A DNA stretch of 34,480 nt from Bigelowiella natans CCMP2755 (lineage: Eukaryota; Protista; Cercozoa): positions 1 to 34,480 of the forward strand of contig ADNK01000743.1 of assembly GCA_000320545.1 (NCBI GenBank), given 5' to 3'. Under the pieces are notes generated by a model that was given only the letters and a program-made list of their open reading frames with translations, made no database searches and was not told the DNA's origin. Each line of letters begins with the position of its first letter. The stretch's first letter is position 1. A program made the position numbers and the translations under genes. Positions 22,429 to 33,977 of this stretch are shown here, in pieces.

Positions 22429-22555
22429 CAGGTCCATGCATATGATCGCTATGATGCTAAAACAATCCTTCGGGTCGCCTTTCGATAGTGCCATTTTCTC
22501 ATAATGGTGCATCATCATGGCTAGCTTCATAGCGGGAGAAACCCTTGTGGACCTG
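22429..22555 (+). promoter_or_regulatory. SECIS-like element in the glutaredoxin 3' UTR
   Basis: Helix I: CAGGTCCA (22429-22436) pairs with TGGACCTG (22548-22555). Core: ATGA (22442-22445) opposite GA (22536-22537). Helix II: CGCTATGA-T-GCTA pairs with TAGC-T-TCATAGCG. An AAAA run (22459-22462) sits at the top of helix II. The apical region is about 60 nt, longer than canonical. Confidence 0.8.
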
Positions 22556-23776
22556 AACTCGTATCTGAGCCGCACAGACGTATTGATAGGAAGCGTGTGA
22601 TGAACACAGGTGTATGTCGAATTCTATCTTAACAATGCTCCATACGCTACATATATATTTTCTATAGCCTATATAATGCTTAGGTTATAAACACGAGAAA
22701 TGGCATAAAATAACGACGAAGTCGTTCAGATGCATGTGTCTAGATGTGCGCAGCTCGCCCAAAGCACATCGGAAGCACAAAATGGCATGATTATGTGGTT
22801 GTTATGTAGTTACGCACGCGCGATGATTGCCACGGTAGTAGGACTAGCTGCAAGGGTTTGCGTACGCTAGTCACTCGTGCTCATCGTGCACGTTGAATCC
22901 CACGCAAAATGACCGCATGCATCGTCCAGCCAGATTGCTCGCCAGACACGAATTCTAGAATTCCCATTCACTGTGACATCACAAATCTGAAATGCTGGTC
23001 AGTGAACCATTGCATCATTTTGCCCAGCTAGCCTTCTACCAAGGTACCACTGACAAAATGTGCACATTGTGCATGTTGCAATGTGCACTGTGCGCTTGTG
23101 GCATTGTCTAGGCACGGTGTTGTCCTGGTGCATTGCTGGATTGGCTTCCGATGCCGCACACGCGGACTGCAAACATTTTTTCAGAGGTCTAAGCCTTTGA
23201 CTTTTTTGTCTTTGGGTGCCTGACAATTGGCATTCATTTCCATGTCAAATCAAATTCTCATGTTTGTTGTCTGAGCTAACTGACGATTCCTTTGCGGCAA
23301 TGAAGGGCATTGCCTGCTGTCCTGCTCTCTTTGAATGGCTTCGTCCATGCGAGCTTCTCTTTCAGATGGAATGACCACGATCCCCACAACAACTGCGGGC
23401 ATTGTGTCTGCGATCTCGCAGTCCGTTGATGCGCATGCCTACACTCAGTGTCAGCCGCGCATCACGGGAGCTGAGCACTCAAATCAACCATCCGGTAGCT
23501 CGCTAAACGGGACCACAGATGGATTTACTGCGTCAAAGGAGTTTTGTTGTCGCACATGCAAATCATCAGAGGTACACCACATTTCGGAAGAGGGGTACAC
23601 ACGCGATGCCACCCGAGCGATGTACGGAAGAAATAAATACCGGGAGTATGTCGTAGATTTTGGACATTTAATGGCATTTTTACCTGAGCGACATCTGTAA
23701 TATCCGATTTAAGGAAAACATCACCTTCTGGCCTTCCAACAGGGGCACATAAAACCCCAAAACCCAAGAGCTACCA

Positions 23777-25835
23777 ATGAGGTCAGGAAGACGAGTGGAG
23801 GGGAAGGGGTCGGCATAGCAGCTGATATATGTCATTCAATTAATATATTGTGGTCACTAATCGTATTATCAGGGTCTTGGTGGGCTACCACCGTCATGGC
23901 TCTTCTTGGCGACGCAAAATTGCTGCTGCAACATGTTCCGCCTTGGCCAGAGAATTTGGCCCAGTGAGGATAAACAGGCATATCTCCAATTCCGCGCAGC
24001 TTTCAACCAGGGAGCAGGTTCAGAAAGACGCCCGTTCTATGGTAAAATTGCTGCACAGTGTACATGTTGTGCGTGTGCGTGCATGGGCGTATGGTGCGAA
24101 GTTTGTACTGTTGTATGTATGCGTGTGTGTGCGTGTGTGTGTCTCGTGTGTTGTGTGCATTTGCTGCCCATTTCATGGAAATCTCGATACAATTATGCAA
24201 TATCTAAATTACAAACCTGGATATGTCATATGCACACGCACCTTCTTCATCCAACGCACGGAACATTAGAGTGCTAATTCCTTGAGTCATATTTTGTCCT
24301 TGTTATCGTTTTGAACACAACCTCTCTGTTTTTGCTCTTGCCAGCATCTACAGAAGTTGCTCAGGGAGTATGGAGCAAAGCATACAACCCCACTCAGGTC
24401 CATTGAAACAAAGTCGAAATACCATCAAGATGCTGAGGAAATGCGTGATAGATAAGCGTCACCCGAAAATTACTGTATGTGTCGTGTTGGCAAACGTATG
24501 ATTTTTCCCTATTTACGCAACTTACAGCATCAACCAGATGTTCGATTTTGGGCAATATGACTCCCCTGGAAGGTGATATAGTTTACATCCGCCATAAGAA
24601 CGCGGCGCAACATCATCATCATTTTGCTATTGTCTTCAAATCCTCATGTCTTCATCTCCTCAAAATTGTGCATCCCCCCCCATCCCCCCTTCCTCAGAAA
24701 CAGATCGACAACACTCTTGGCAGCCGCACAAGTAAATCATATATTTCTTTTAAGGGACATGGGGCCATTTACTCTCCTACGCCCCCCCCCCCCCCCTCCT
24801 CTGCTTGGTGAAACGAATGGGAATTTGCACACCACCCCTTCTCTAATTGTTTCATCCCCCCCCCGCTCACCTCCCACACAGTTTGTACACGAAGAGCTGC
24901 CGGTTCGAGTGGCTCATCTAATTCAGGTTACTACATCGATTCGAATTTTACCCGGAGTCACGGGCTTATTTATGTCAAACAACTTGTTTAATAAACGTTG
25001 GATCGCTGCTGTGCCGAAGCCAATCAGTCATCGTTCACTATTGCCCACTCATCATCAGGACCTGCTGGCTCTCCCCTTCGGCTTGTCACAGAATTCAGCC
25101 ATACAAGAGGTAGGAGGGCGTGCGTGGGGGGGGGGGGGGGGAGCTGCAGCCACTTTACTGGGCGACCAGAACAAAATTATGAAAATTATTACTTCTGCAA
25201 CTGCGTTCCATATTTTAAGTTAGAGTATGCATACTCCTCAGGTTGTAGAGCTATTTCACACGACGATAAATGAAGTCACGGAGCATCCACGGCCAAAGAG
25301 CTCAAAGTCAGTGTAGTGGTGGTCGCGGCGGTGGTGGTAGAAGCTGAGTAGAATCTGAGCTGCTGAAAGGAGATGTGCTCGGTGATAGGAACCCGACCTC
25401 GCCCCTCTACAATCCGTGCCGCAATTATTGCACGTTTGTGGCATCTTCCACGACTTCTCCTTTAATTACTGCTATTTTTATTTTAATTAGAGAAGAAAGG
25501 GAGCTTAGAGAGCGAATCAAGAAGATGCTGAGGTATGGAATAAGAGCAGCAGCAGCCGACACCACCCATCGTCAATTAATTTGAGTAGCATATGCAATAT
25601 GGCTAACACAAATACGATAACTACTGTTTTCACGGTGTGGCTAGCACTGTTTCTACGACAAGGATCCCCATTATATTTTGCCTGCACTTTGAAGCTCATT
25701 TTCGAAAATGATACGCATCATCATCATCAATGATCATTATATCAAAATAATATTACATTACACATCGGTATATTCTAGGAGACACCGCAATATCGTCACG
25801 CACATGCGGTCAGCGTTAGCAAGCGGTAGTAGTAA

Positions 25836-25870
<35 letters not shown>

Positions 25871-26297
25871 ACTAAGTCGTTATCGTTGCTAGGAGCATGC
25901 TCAAGCACGATTCCGTGTATATCTTCAGCCTGCTCCTCGTGTTTCTCCATAATTCTTTTCCCTATATCTCTTCCATCATACCCATTACGCGTCTACAATT
26001 CACCGAATGAGCGTTCTTGGAAGTCGAACGAAAATTGTCACCATCACCAGCATTATCATCGTTACAAGCTGCTGTGTCGCCATCGTTCAAATAGCTTGCT
26101 ATCTTACAACAACAACTACTACTACTACTACTACTACTACTACTGGTGTGCTGCTGTACCGGGCAGACCTACTATCTGAAGACGAAAAACTCTCCCTCCA
26201 GCCCTTCCTGGATCGGTAGGCAAGTAGAAAGAGAGAAGGAAGAAGAAGAAGAAAAAGAAGAAGGAAGATAAAGAAAGAGCAGACGAAAAAAAAAAAA

Positions 26298-26341
<44 letters not shown>

Positions 26342-27610
26342 CGTAATACTACTACTACTAATCATCATCACCATCATCATCACCATCATCATTGCCGACA
26401 GATTTTACGCGACTCGTATTGGAAACCGCACCATGCTCGCTCACTACGTCGAACTAGGTAGGGATCTGGTGAAAGAGACGGGGTGGGGGGGGGGGGTTGC
26501 TGAACATTTGTCAATCTCTGTAGATAATTAAGAAGAAGAGGTACAATGACGACGATAAATAATCTGCAGGACAAGCAAAGAAGGACAATTGGGTAGGGCT
26601 CATCAACGACAAGTGCCACATCTCAAAGGTGAGGAAAAGCAGATGATGACTCGAAGAACTAAGAACAGCGCACATTTAGCATGATAGCTGTTAGAAAGAT
26701 GATGAAGTTCCCTCTGCTTCCTCTTCTCCTTTCTTCTTCTTCTTCTTCTTCTTCTTCTTTCACCTTTCGTCTCTCCATTTCCCCCCAGGTCGTCTCGAGT
26801 GCTTATTCTATCGCAACGGCTGTATGCACGCAACACCACCAGGTGAGATGGCTAGCAGTAATTGTGTACATACGCGGGTATACTCCCGCCACATATTGTC
26901 ACCGTGTATATTCCATCCTGCCCCACCCCCCATTTTGCACTTTGCTCATGACCACCAAATCGTGCAGATTCAGCCTCCTAGCTTAGTGGTGGTGGGCGCA
27001 ACGGACACGACAGTAAGGTACTGTCGATTCTCAGCTCATCTGATGTCTCACACCCCGTACCGATGAAGATCTGTTTCACTTCAAATTTATTGTGCGGCGG
27101 TAGCAAACGTCACACTTCGTGTTCTTTCTTCTTCCGTAATTTCGCCCCTGCGGTGAAGTTGTCCTATTTTATTACCTTCCTTCTCCTCCTCCTACTCCTC
27201 TTTCTCTCTTCTTCTTTTTCTTCTTTTTCTTCTTGTTCTTAGCGAATGCTGTTGTATTGTGTGATGAAGGTACGTGGAGTCACACCTTGAGTACATGCTC
27301 ACTGAGGTACTACTGCTAATAGGAGAGGAAAAACGAAAAGAAGAAGAACAAGAAGAAGAAGAGATATTAGTTTCACAAAACCAATCATTATGATGACGTG
27401 GTGATGCGTCGTGGAGGGGTTAAAGACCGAAAATGCCTAAGATTTTTGGTTTTACGACACGCATCTCTGGCTGTGACAGAGAGCGAAGAACATCCCTCGC
27501 GACCGGCACACACAACATCCGTCCCGATGTGTATTGTTAGTATCGCTGCATCTGCACAGCCACGCATTGCTGTTTATTGTTAAAATGAATGGAATTTCTT
27601 TTCTCTTATG

Positions 27611-27696
<86 letters not shown>

Positions 27697-27708
27697 GTTC
27701 ATATATAC

Positions 27709-27742
<34 letters not shown>

Positions 27743-28079
27743 GTTTGCTCCCTCTCTCCTTTCATTTAGGTCTTACACAACTCCATCTACTCGACGTGGC
27801 AGCACCACACGGCGAAGACTGAGGTACTACTACTGAACGATGAACGAATGAATGGGCCATCTAACTAGCATTATTTGAGATATATCTTGAAATCAGCTGA
27901 GTTCTCTTTGTTGTGACCTTCCCGCTGCTTTCAGATGAAATCTGTATCTCCTCTGCCAGAAATCAAAGGTAGTAGTAACTTGCCGGCCTTCTACTCTACT
28001 CACTAGCCAATGGCCTTGAGCGCTGCTGCATGAACTAATCGTCTCTTGCTTGCATCTCTCGAGTTCTTCTTGTCGCATG

Positions 28080-28130
<51 letters not shown>

Positions 28131-28386
28131 CAGTTGTGATTGCAGAGGGGGAAAAGGACATTACTGTCGCGATTTTAGATCAAGGCGGAGGTGAGGCAAT
28201 ACGCAGTGCTATTACATGCCAGCAGAAGTAGAATAGAAAGAGGCGGGGGGGGGAGAATGGGACTTAGGCGTGAGATCTAATCACCGAAGCAGCAGAAGGT
28301 TATTGTTTGGAGAGATGGTACGGCACGAGATCGCCGTGTCTAGTAGTTTCTTTAATCATAGTTTCATTGGGTGAGGAGGCTAACCA

Positions 28387-28444
<58 letters not shown>

Positions 28445-29049
28445 AAGGGTTTGGCCGCAAGAACTTCGATTCAATATGGACACATCTGCATTTTCCAGAC
28501 TCTTGTTTTATCACGGTAGCGTAGAAGAAGAAGAAGAAAGAGAAGAGGGATATATAGAAGAGGACGAAGTGAACCCTTGTAGAAAACAGATGACCCTGTT
28601 GTCTAATAACCATTTCGTATTTGCTTTCACCCTTTATCCCCCCCCCCCCCCCCCTCTTCCCCTCTATTGGATATTTTTTATTTTGGTCGTATTCACACCA
28701 AAGCATCATCACGGGAATGGCTTCGAGAATAATATTCTGAGCAGTAGTAGTAGTAGCAGCAGTACGGATGATAGTAGTAGTAGTAGTAGTAGTAGCAGCA
28801 GCTGCAGCACTGAAGGTGACTCGATGCGGGATAACTGTTATATCAACAAGAACCACGATAGTGATAGTATTAATAGTAAGGACACTCTCGGCGTCAATGC
28901 TCATGACCTAAGTCCGTTGATCAATGGGTACTCGAGAGCCGCACCAAGGTTCAGAAATGTGCTTCTACACTACCTGATACGCTTGCTATAGAATGAATAT
29001 TAGAGATGGCTGTTGATGATAAAACAGCTCACATTAACCAGAGCACTGG

Positions 29050-29097
<48 letters not shown>

Positions 29098-29686
29098 GCG
29101 CGCGTGTGTGTGTGTGTGTGTGTGTCTGTGTTTGTGTGATGTGGAGAGAGAGGGGGGGGGGGGGGGGGGGGGGGGACTCGGGGATGAGAAGTTTTCCCGG
29201 TTGATTTGCTTTATCTGAACTCAAAATAAATCATGAATCAGGCTCTCGCAAAATGGCCTGCCAGTGTGTCGTCTTTATGCGAGGCATTTTGGAGGAGAAT
29301 TGTCGATACAGGTTGGTTAATTGTGGAGAAAACAGAAAAAAGAAGAACAGGAAGAAGAAGAGCTGCTGGGGAGTGGAGAGATTAGAAAGGAAAATGGAAT
29401 GATTGATATTGAGTTGAAACCCGCTTCACTCATCGTTTTCACGAATGTTAATGCACCCCTGTAGCAACGAACAACATTGAAACAACACAAACATATGTTA
29501 TTTACCGCCCTGCATTGAGACCAATGCAAACGTGATGAATATAAAAAGGCTATGGAGAACTACGGGTGCGATGTTTTCATAACGCTGCGAAAGGATGGCG
29601 ACTTTCCAGAAGCCATTCCAGCTCTGGATTATAGCGTTCCGGGGAGCAGCCTTGATATGCCGCAGCCGAAACATCTCCTCATATAA
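23777..29686 (+). CDS. Mitochondrial pyruvate/branched-chain alpha-ketoacid dehydrogenase kinase family protein (PDK/BCKDK), divergent; more than 20 exons
   Basis: Spliced motifs: MR|VLVGYHRHGSSWRRKIAAA (presequence-like), TPLSINQMFDFG, AAQFVHEELPVRVAHLIQDLLALPFGLSQNSAIQEV, RRHRNIV, LQPFLDRFYATRIGNR, WVGLINDKC, YVESHLEYMLTEVLHNS, LPEIKVVIAEGEKDITVAILDQGGG, GLPVCRLYARHFGGELSIQAMENYGCDVFITL; stop TAA at 29684-29686. Confidence 0.92.
29052..29175. repeat. Compound intronic repeat (AT)n-(GT)n-(GA)n-poly(G); representative of the many intronic microsatellites in the window
   Basis: Read directly. Confidence 0.9.
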
Positions 29687-30717
29687 GTAGCTCAAGACCC
29701 ACCCAGCAAGCTACAAACTCGTTCGCATACTCTCCATCGAGACGTGAGATATGGAGAGCAGTGCCTGAACGTAGCTGAGAATTTTCGCAAAGGAAATGGC
29801 TGCGCTCTGCCAATCGGTTGGCGATGTGGCGCATACTTCGCTTACTGGCTACGCTACCTACTTGTCTGTCTCGATGATGCATGGATCTGTGAAAATATTA
29901 CAGCCATGTTCCGGTACATGCACATGCCGCGCTAGCGCGAGCTAGTGGGCCAACATGTGCGCATTGGTCGCATTGTGAACACGTGATGCATTTATTCGAG
30001 CATCATACACACGCTAGCCATGCATTGGCTGTCAAGCTGTGATGTGCTTCGTCGTCACATCCAAAATGTGCTTTTGTGCAGTGTCATGGCAAACGCAATT
30101 TGCCATTTCATGTGTGAAATCATGCTGTGCAATTACATTGTGCATGTCATGTGCACAGTCTAGACAGTGTCCACAGTCACACATCGATCTTCACTTGCTG
30201 TGCAAACAATTGCATGCACTCATACTGACGTCTGACGGCGTGCACGCAGGTGGTTCGTGCCCACGCGTGTGTCAATGTGCCATTTTTTGAAGCTGATCAA
30301 CTGATCAACACGCTGCGTCGATGCTCTGTCAGGCACTGCTCATGCACTGGACGGCAGGTTCGATGCACGCGCGCAGCAGCTGCTGCGCATTTGCACACGC
30401 ATCATGTGTGCGTTGAATGCCTGGCAATGCAAACAACAGACACACGCATGCATCACTCATCTCATGCACATCATTGAACGTGGCTCTGGAATATGTGTGT
30501 TTGAATGATTGAATGCGAAAATGTCAAAATGGTTGGAGATCTCTAGAGAGTTTCTTTGCTCGCCAACATCGCGCAATCTTGTTTTCGTGCATTGCATTGT
30601 CATTGTTGACCGAGGATCAGACGCCGGGGTACACACAATGAAGCTATTCACATTTGTTGATTGCACGTACACCTATACATGCACTCATACATTTTGAATT
30701 GTCGCACAACCTCGCTC

Positions 30718-32166
30718 TCACAAGCCAGGCAACTCCACTCTTTTCAACAGTATTTTCTCTTCCTTCAGCCTTTCTCCAATTCCTGGCGGTCCTGCGAGCA
30801 TGACGGCTAGCTTGTCACCTCGAGGCCGAAACACACAACACATGGCTTCCCCGGGAGCAGTCTCGCCAACAAGATCGTACACAGGAACATGCATGAGCTG
30901 CTTGCAGCCTGGAAGCTCTAAATCCCCGTAAAAAGAGCACCAATTGCTAATTATCGACATCCTACCGTCACACAACAGCTCCCAAAACGATGGAAGTTGC
31001 GTTCGTGGTCTCCCCGCGCGGGTAAATCTAATAACCGATTGGCGAATGAGCGCGGGAGTTTGGTAATCTCTCGGCCGATATGCAAGGAAGTTCTCGTAGT
31101 TTCCTACGTCCTTCGAATCCAAGTTTGTGATCCTGCCGCGCATGTTCATCGCCATTCCAGCCAGGCTCATCTTGTTGAAATTGAACCACCAGGATGTAAT
31201 TATATCGTTGGTGGAAATGAAGGGAGCACTATTCGCAGCAGCAGCAGCAGCATCAGCAGCATCGCTGGCTTTCTTCTCGTCCTCGCTGTGCTTAGCGTTC
31301 TTGGTGAATTCGCTCTTCTGTGCCCTGACCCACTCCTCGTCGACGTAAAAGGAAGCTACTTCACACTGGTAACCTGTAATAGCTTTACGTATCTGGGCGA
31401 GAACCATCTTCGCAATCATGGAGTACGTGAACCAGAATCCGTGTTCTTTCTCCCCCATCTTCTCGACTTCCGCCTTCGCGGCGGCGTGCTTTCGCTCCGG
31501 CCTGAGGCTCTCCACCACCGTGCTCTGGCTAAGCATTTTGTACACTGAGTAGAATGTATGACCGTCGCCTATAGTGTGACTGAGAGACACGACCACTGCG
31601 AATCGATCTACAGGAGCATCGCAATCCGGGACTGCTGATACTAAGAATAGTGGCTGCTGCTGCCGCCCTCCCTCCTGGAGGCATTCGGAGCCTTTCCTCA
31701 CGATGGCATTTGACAGTTGGTGTATTAAATCATTGTACGGTGTCTTCATTGAGAGACCAATATCTGTTGGATCGAGGAGCTGGAACCCGGGGTGTTGACC
31801 GGCGGCTGCGGAGGATGAGGGGAGGATGGAGAGTGCAACTTCCCCCCCTTCTTTCTTCACCAGCTTTCCAGCAAGCCACGGATTGGCAAAAATTACATCT
31901 CTGACTCGCTTTCGTATGAAGTCCAACGGTAGCTTGCCTTGGTAGAAGGTGACTGTCGTAGTGCTCTCAAACTCGTTGATGAGCATCGAGCCTTCCTTAG
32001 AAAGGAGCTTCAGGACATTTGACCGTTCTTTCTTCTCCTCCCGCACTCTCTCTCCTCGAGCAGGGTCGGTCCTCTCCTTCACATTTTCCCGAACCCGGAA
32101 TAACAGCCTGATGGTGGCCACGCAGGTCACAGCGACGGCTGCGCGAAGCACCAGGGTGCGAGCCAT
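30718..32166 (-). CDS. Intronless CoA-dependent acyltransferase/condensation-fold protein (HxxxDG) with N-terminal hydrophobic segment; about 482 aa
   Basis: Uninterrupted ORF; first ATG at 32166 (MARTLVLRAAVAVTCVATIRLLF). Motifs: NPWLAGKL, FAVVVSLSHTIGDGHTFY (HxxxDG), ISTNDII, MNMRGR, VGNY, ISNW. Confidence 0.85.
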   Translation of the reverse strand: MARTLVLRAAVAVTCVATIRLLFRVRENVKERTDPARGERVREEKKERSNVLKLLSKEGSMLINEFESTTTVTFYQGKLPLDFIRKRVRDVIFANPWLAGKLVKKEGGEVALSILPSSSAAAGQHPGFQLLDPTDIGLSMKTPYNDLIHQLSNAIVRKGSECLQEGGRQQQPLFLVSAVPDCDAPVDRFAVVVSLSHTIGDGHTFYSVYKMLSQSTVVESLRPERKHAAAKAEVEKMGEKEHGFWFTYSMIAKMVLAQIRKAITGYQCEVASFYVDEEWVRAQKSEFTKNAKHSEDEKKASDAADAAAAAANSAPFISTNDIITSWWFNFNKMSLAGMAMNMRGRITNLDSKDVGNYENFLAYRPRDYQTPALIRQSVIRFTRAGRPRTQLPSFWELLCDGRMSIISNWCSFYGDLELPGCKQLMHVPVYDLVGETAPGEAMCCVFRPRGDKLAVMLAGPPGIGERLKEEKILLKRVELPGL

Positions 32167-32582
32167 CGGAGTGCTCTGGTTCTTTGGTTTCTGATTTTTC
32201 TTTTCATTTCTACTCGTCGTCCGTTCAAAATCGCATGCATTTTGGCCACATCTCACCCCTCCGAGGAACAACTCCGACCAGCGTCTGGTTCTGCCAAACT
32301 TCTTGGAACGTTCTTCGGAACACTGCTGCTCTCCCGAAAATGAAGGTAAAATTAATAAGAATTAGTGTGACGATACAGTGCGACACAATTTTCGCACTGT
32401 TCTTCGATGTAACAAGGAAGGCATTTTCTCGTTGCGACAAGCTTTATTGTGCGGGAACTCCTTACTCCGAGCACCGGCCAATGGTGCAAAATCCAGAGAG
32501 AGGGTAGGGAGGAAAACACCAACGGGCAGAACAGTCTTTACAAGAGAGTTCTCCGCCTGGGTAGGACACATTTCCTGGAGCA

Positions 32583-33903
32583 ATGGAGAGCGCTGATATG
32601 AAGGCGGAGTTTCTCCATGGCTTCTGCGACGGAAAGGGGCTCGAGGCTCACATTACTGCTGTCGTTAACCGGTCGCCACTTCCCTCTAACTTCCGGGTGG
32701 GAGTTGAGGATCGCTTACGCGCCTGGGCAGATGCACCCCCAGGCAATATCTCGGCCTCCTAATACTATAAATCAAAGCATCGCCATTCTTAACATTCGTA
32801 ATATTCTCCACGTGGGCGCAAACGTGTTGTTGTTTATTGTCGTACGTAGATGTGGTCAAGCTCCGTGGCTTTTCCGTACTGCTAGTAAAATGGAAGGAGG
32901 AACTCGAGGCTGTGCTTGATGTAGAAACTCCATCATCACCATTGTCGTTATCATCGAGGTAGCAAAAAGCAAGCCAAAACAAAAGCAATGGATTTCTTCA
33001 CTATGTCACTTCGAAGAAGTCTCTGAAGTCAACTAAATTTCGCTCTAATCTCTGCAATACCTCACCGTACAGAACATTTAACCATATCACCCAAGATGAT
33101 CGTGGGAAAATTCTCATAGTCACACTTGAGTCACCCGATGCTTACTTCACTCGGTAAGCTACAAACAGTGCAATTATGATAGATGACACAAAGGTGAAGT
33201 ACCACTAGAGGAGTTATTCATCATTGCTGCCGTCTCCCATTGACCCCTCCCATTCTACCTCTGCAGTGATCTTCGTAGGAAGGCGCTAGCGCTCGCAGGA
33301 GCAAAATCTTGTGTTCAAACAGCTACCAATAATAGCAAACATGCGGCGAAAGACACTCAAACTCCAAGCACTACATCCCCCGGGATTGGTCGCAACGACG
33401 AGGAGAGCGAGGAGAAAGATGTTTCTGATAATAAAAAGATTACTCGTATGAACGATGAAGGCAGCGTCGCATCTGTGGTCGAACTATTACCGCTTCAGAT
33501 AAAGGTGGTTAGCGTGTTTTCGCTGGTAGAAAGAGCTCGGGGAGGCAGCCCCGATGCTGTGCACGCACTGTTCCCGCCTCTGAAAGAGATGAAGAATGAG
33601 GGGGGGGGCAGGGTGAAGACAGTGGCTTCTTTCATCTTCGAATCAAAGGAGTGGAAGGAGCTTCGGGAGGGGCACGATCGCAGTGGCAGCAAACAGCATC
33701 CGCTTAAGTTTGAAGTGACAAGAACCTATTTGAAAGCACTGCATGAGTGATTCACACACATCATCATAATCATCATCATCATCATCATCATCATGAGAAG
33801 GAGAAGGAGAAGGAGGAGAAGAGACAAGAGAGGAAGAATAAGAAGAAGAGAAAGGAATGAGAGAATGCAAAAAACGCATGGGAGTTGTCCATACATATAT
33901 GCG

Positions 33904-33977
<74 letters not shown>

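Noticed and set aside
22345-22429. Second SECIS-like pairing (ATGA at 22347, CAAGA/TCTTG, GA at 22421)
   Set aside because: Only about 5 contiguous pairs in helix II, a ~50-nt loop and no convincing helix I.
25809-26166. Apparent non-canonical GT-AC intron in PDK before TGVLLYR
   Set aside because: A canonical alternative (donor gtagta at about 25826, acceptor gcag at 26166) keeps the frame: HMRSALASDLLSEDEK.
30997-31548. 183-aa plus-strand ORF
   Set aside because: Antisense shadow of the acyltransferase CDS.
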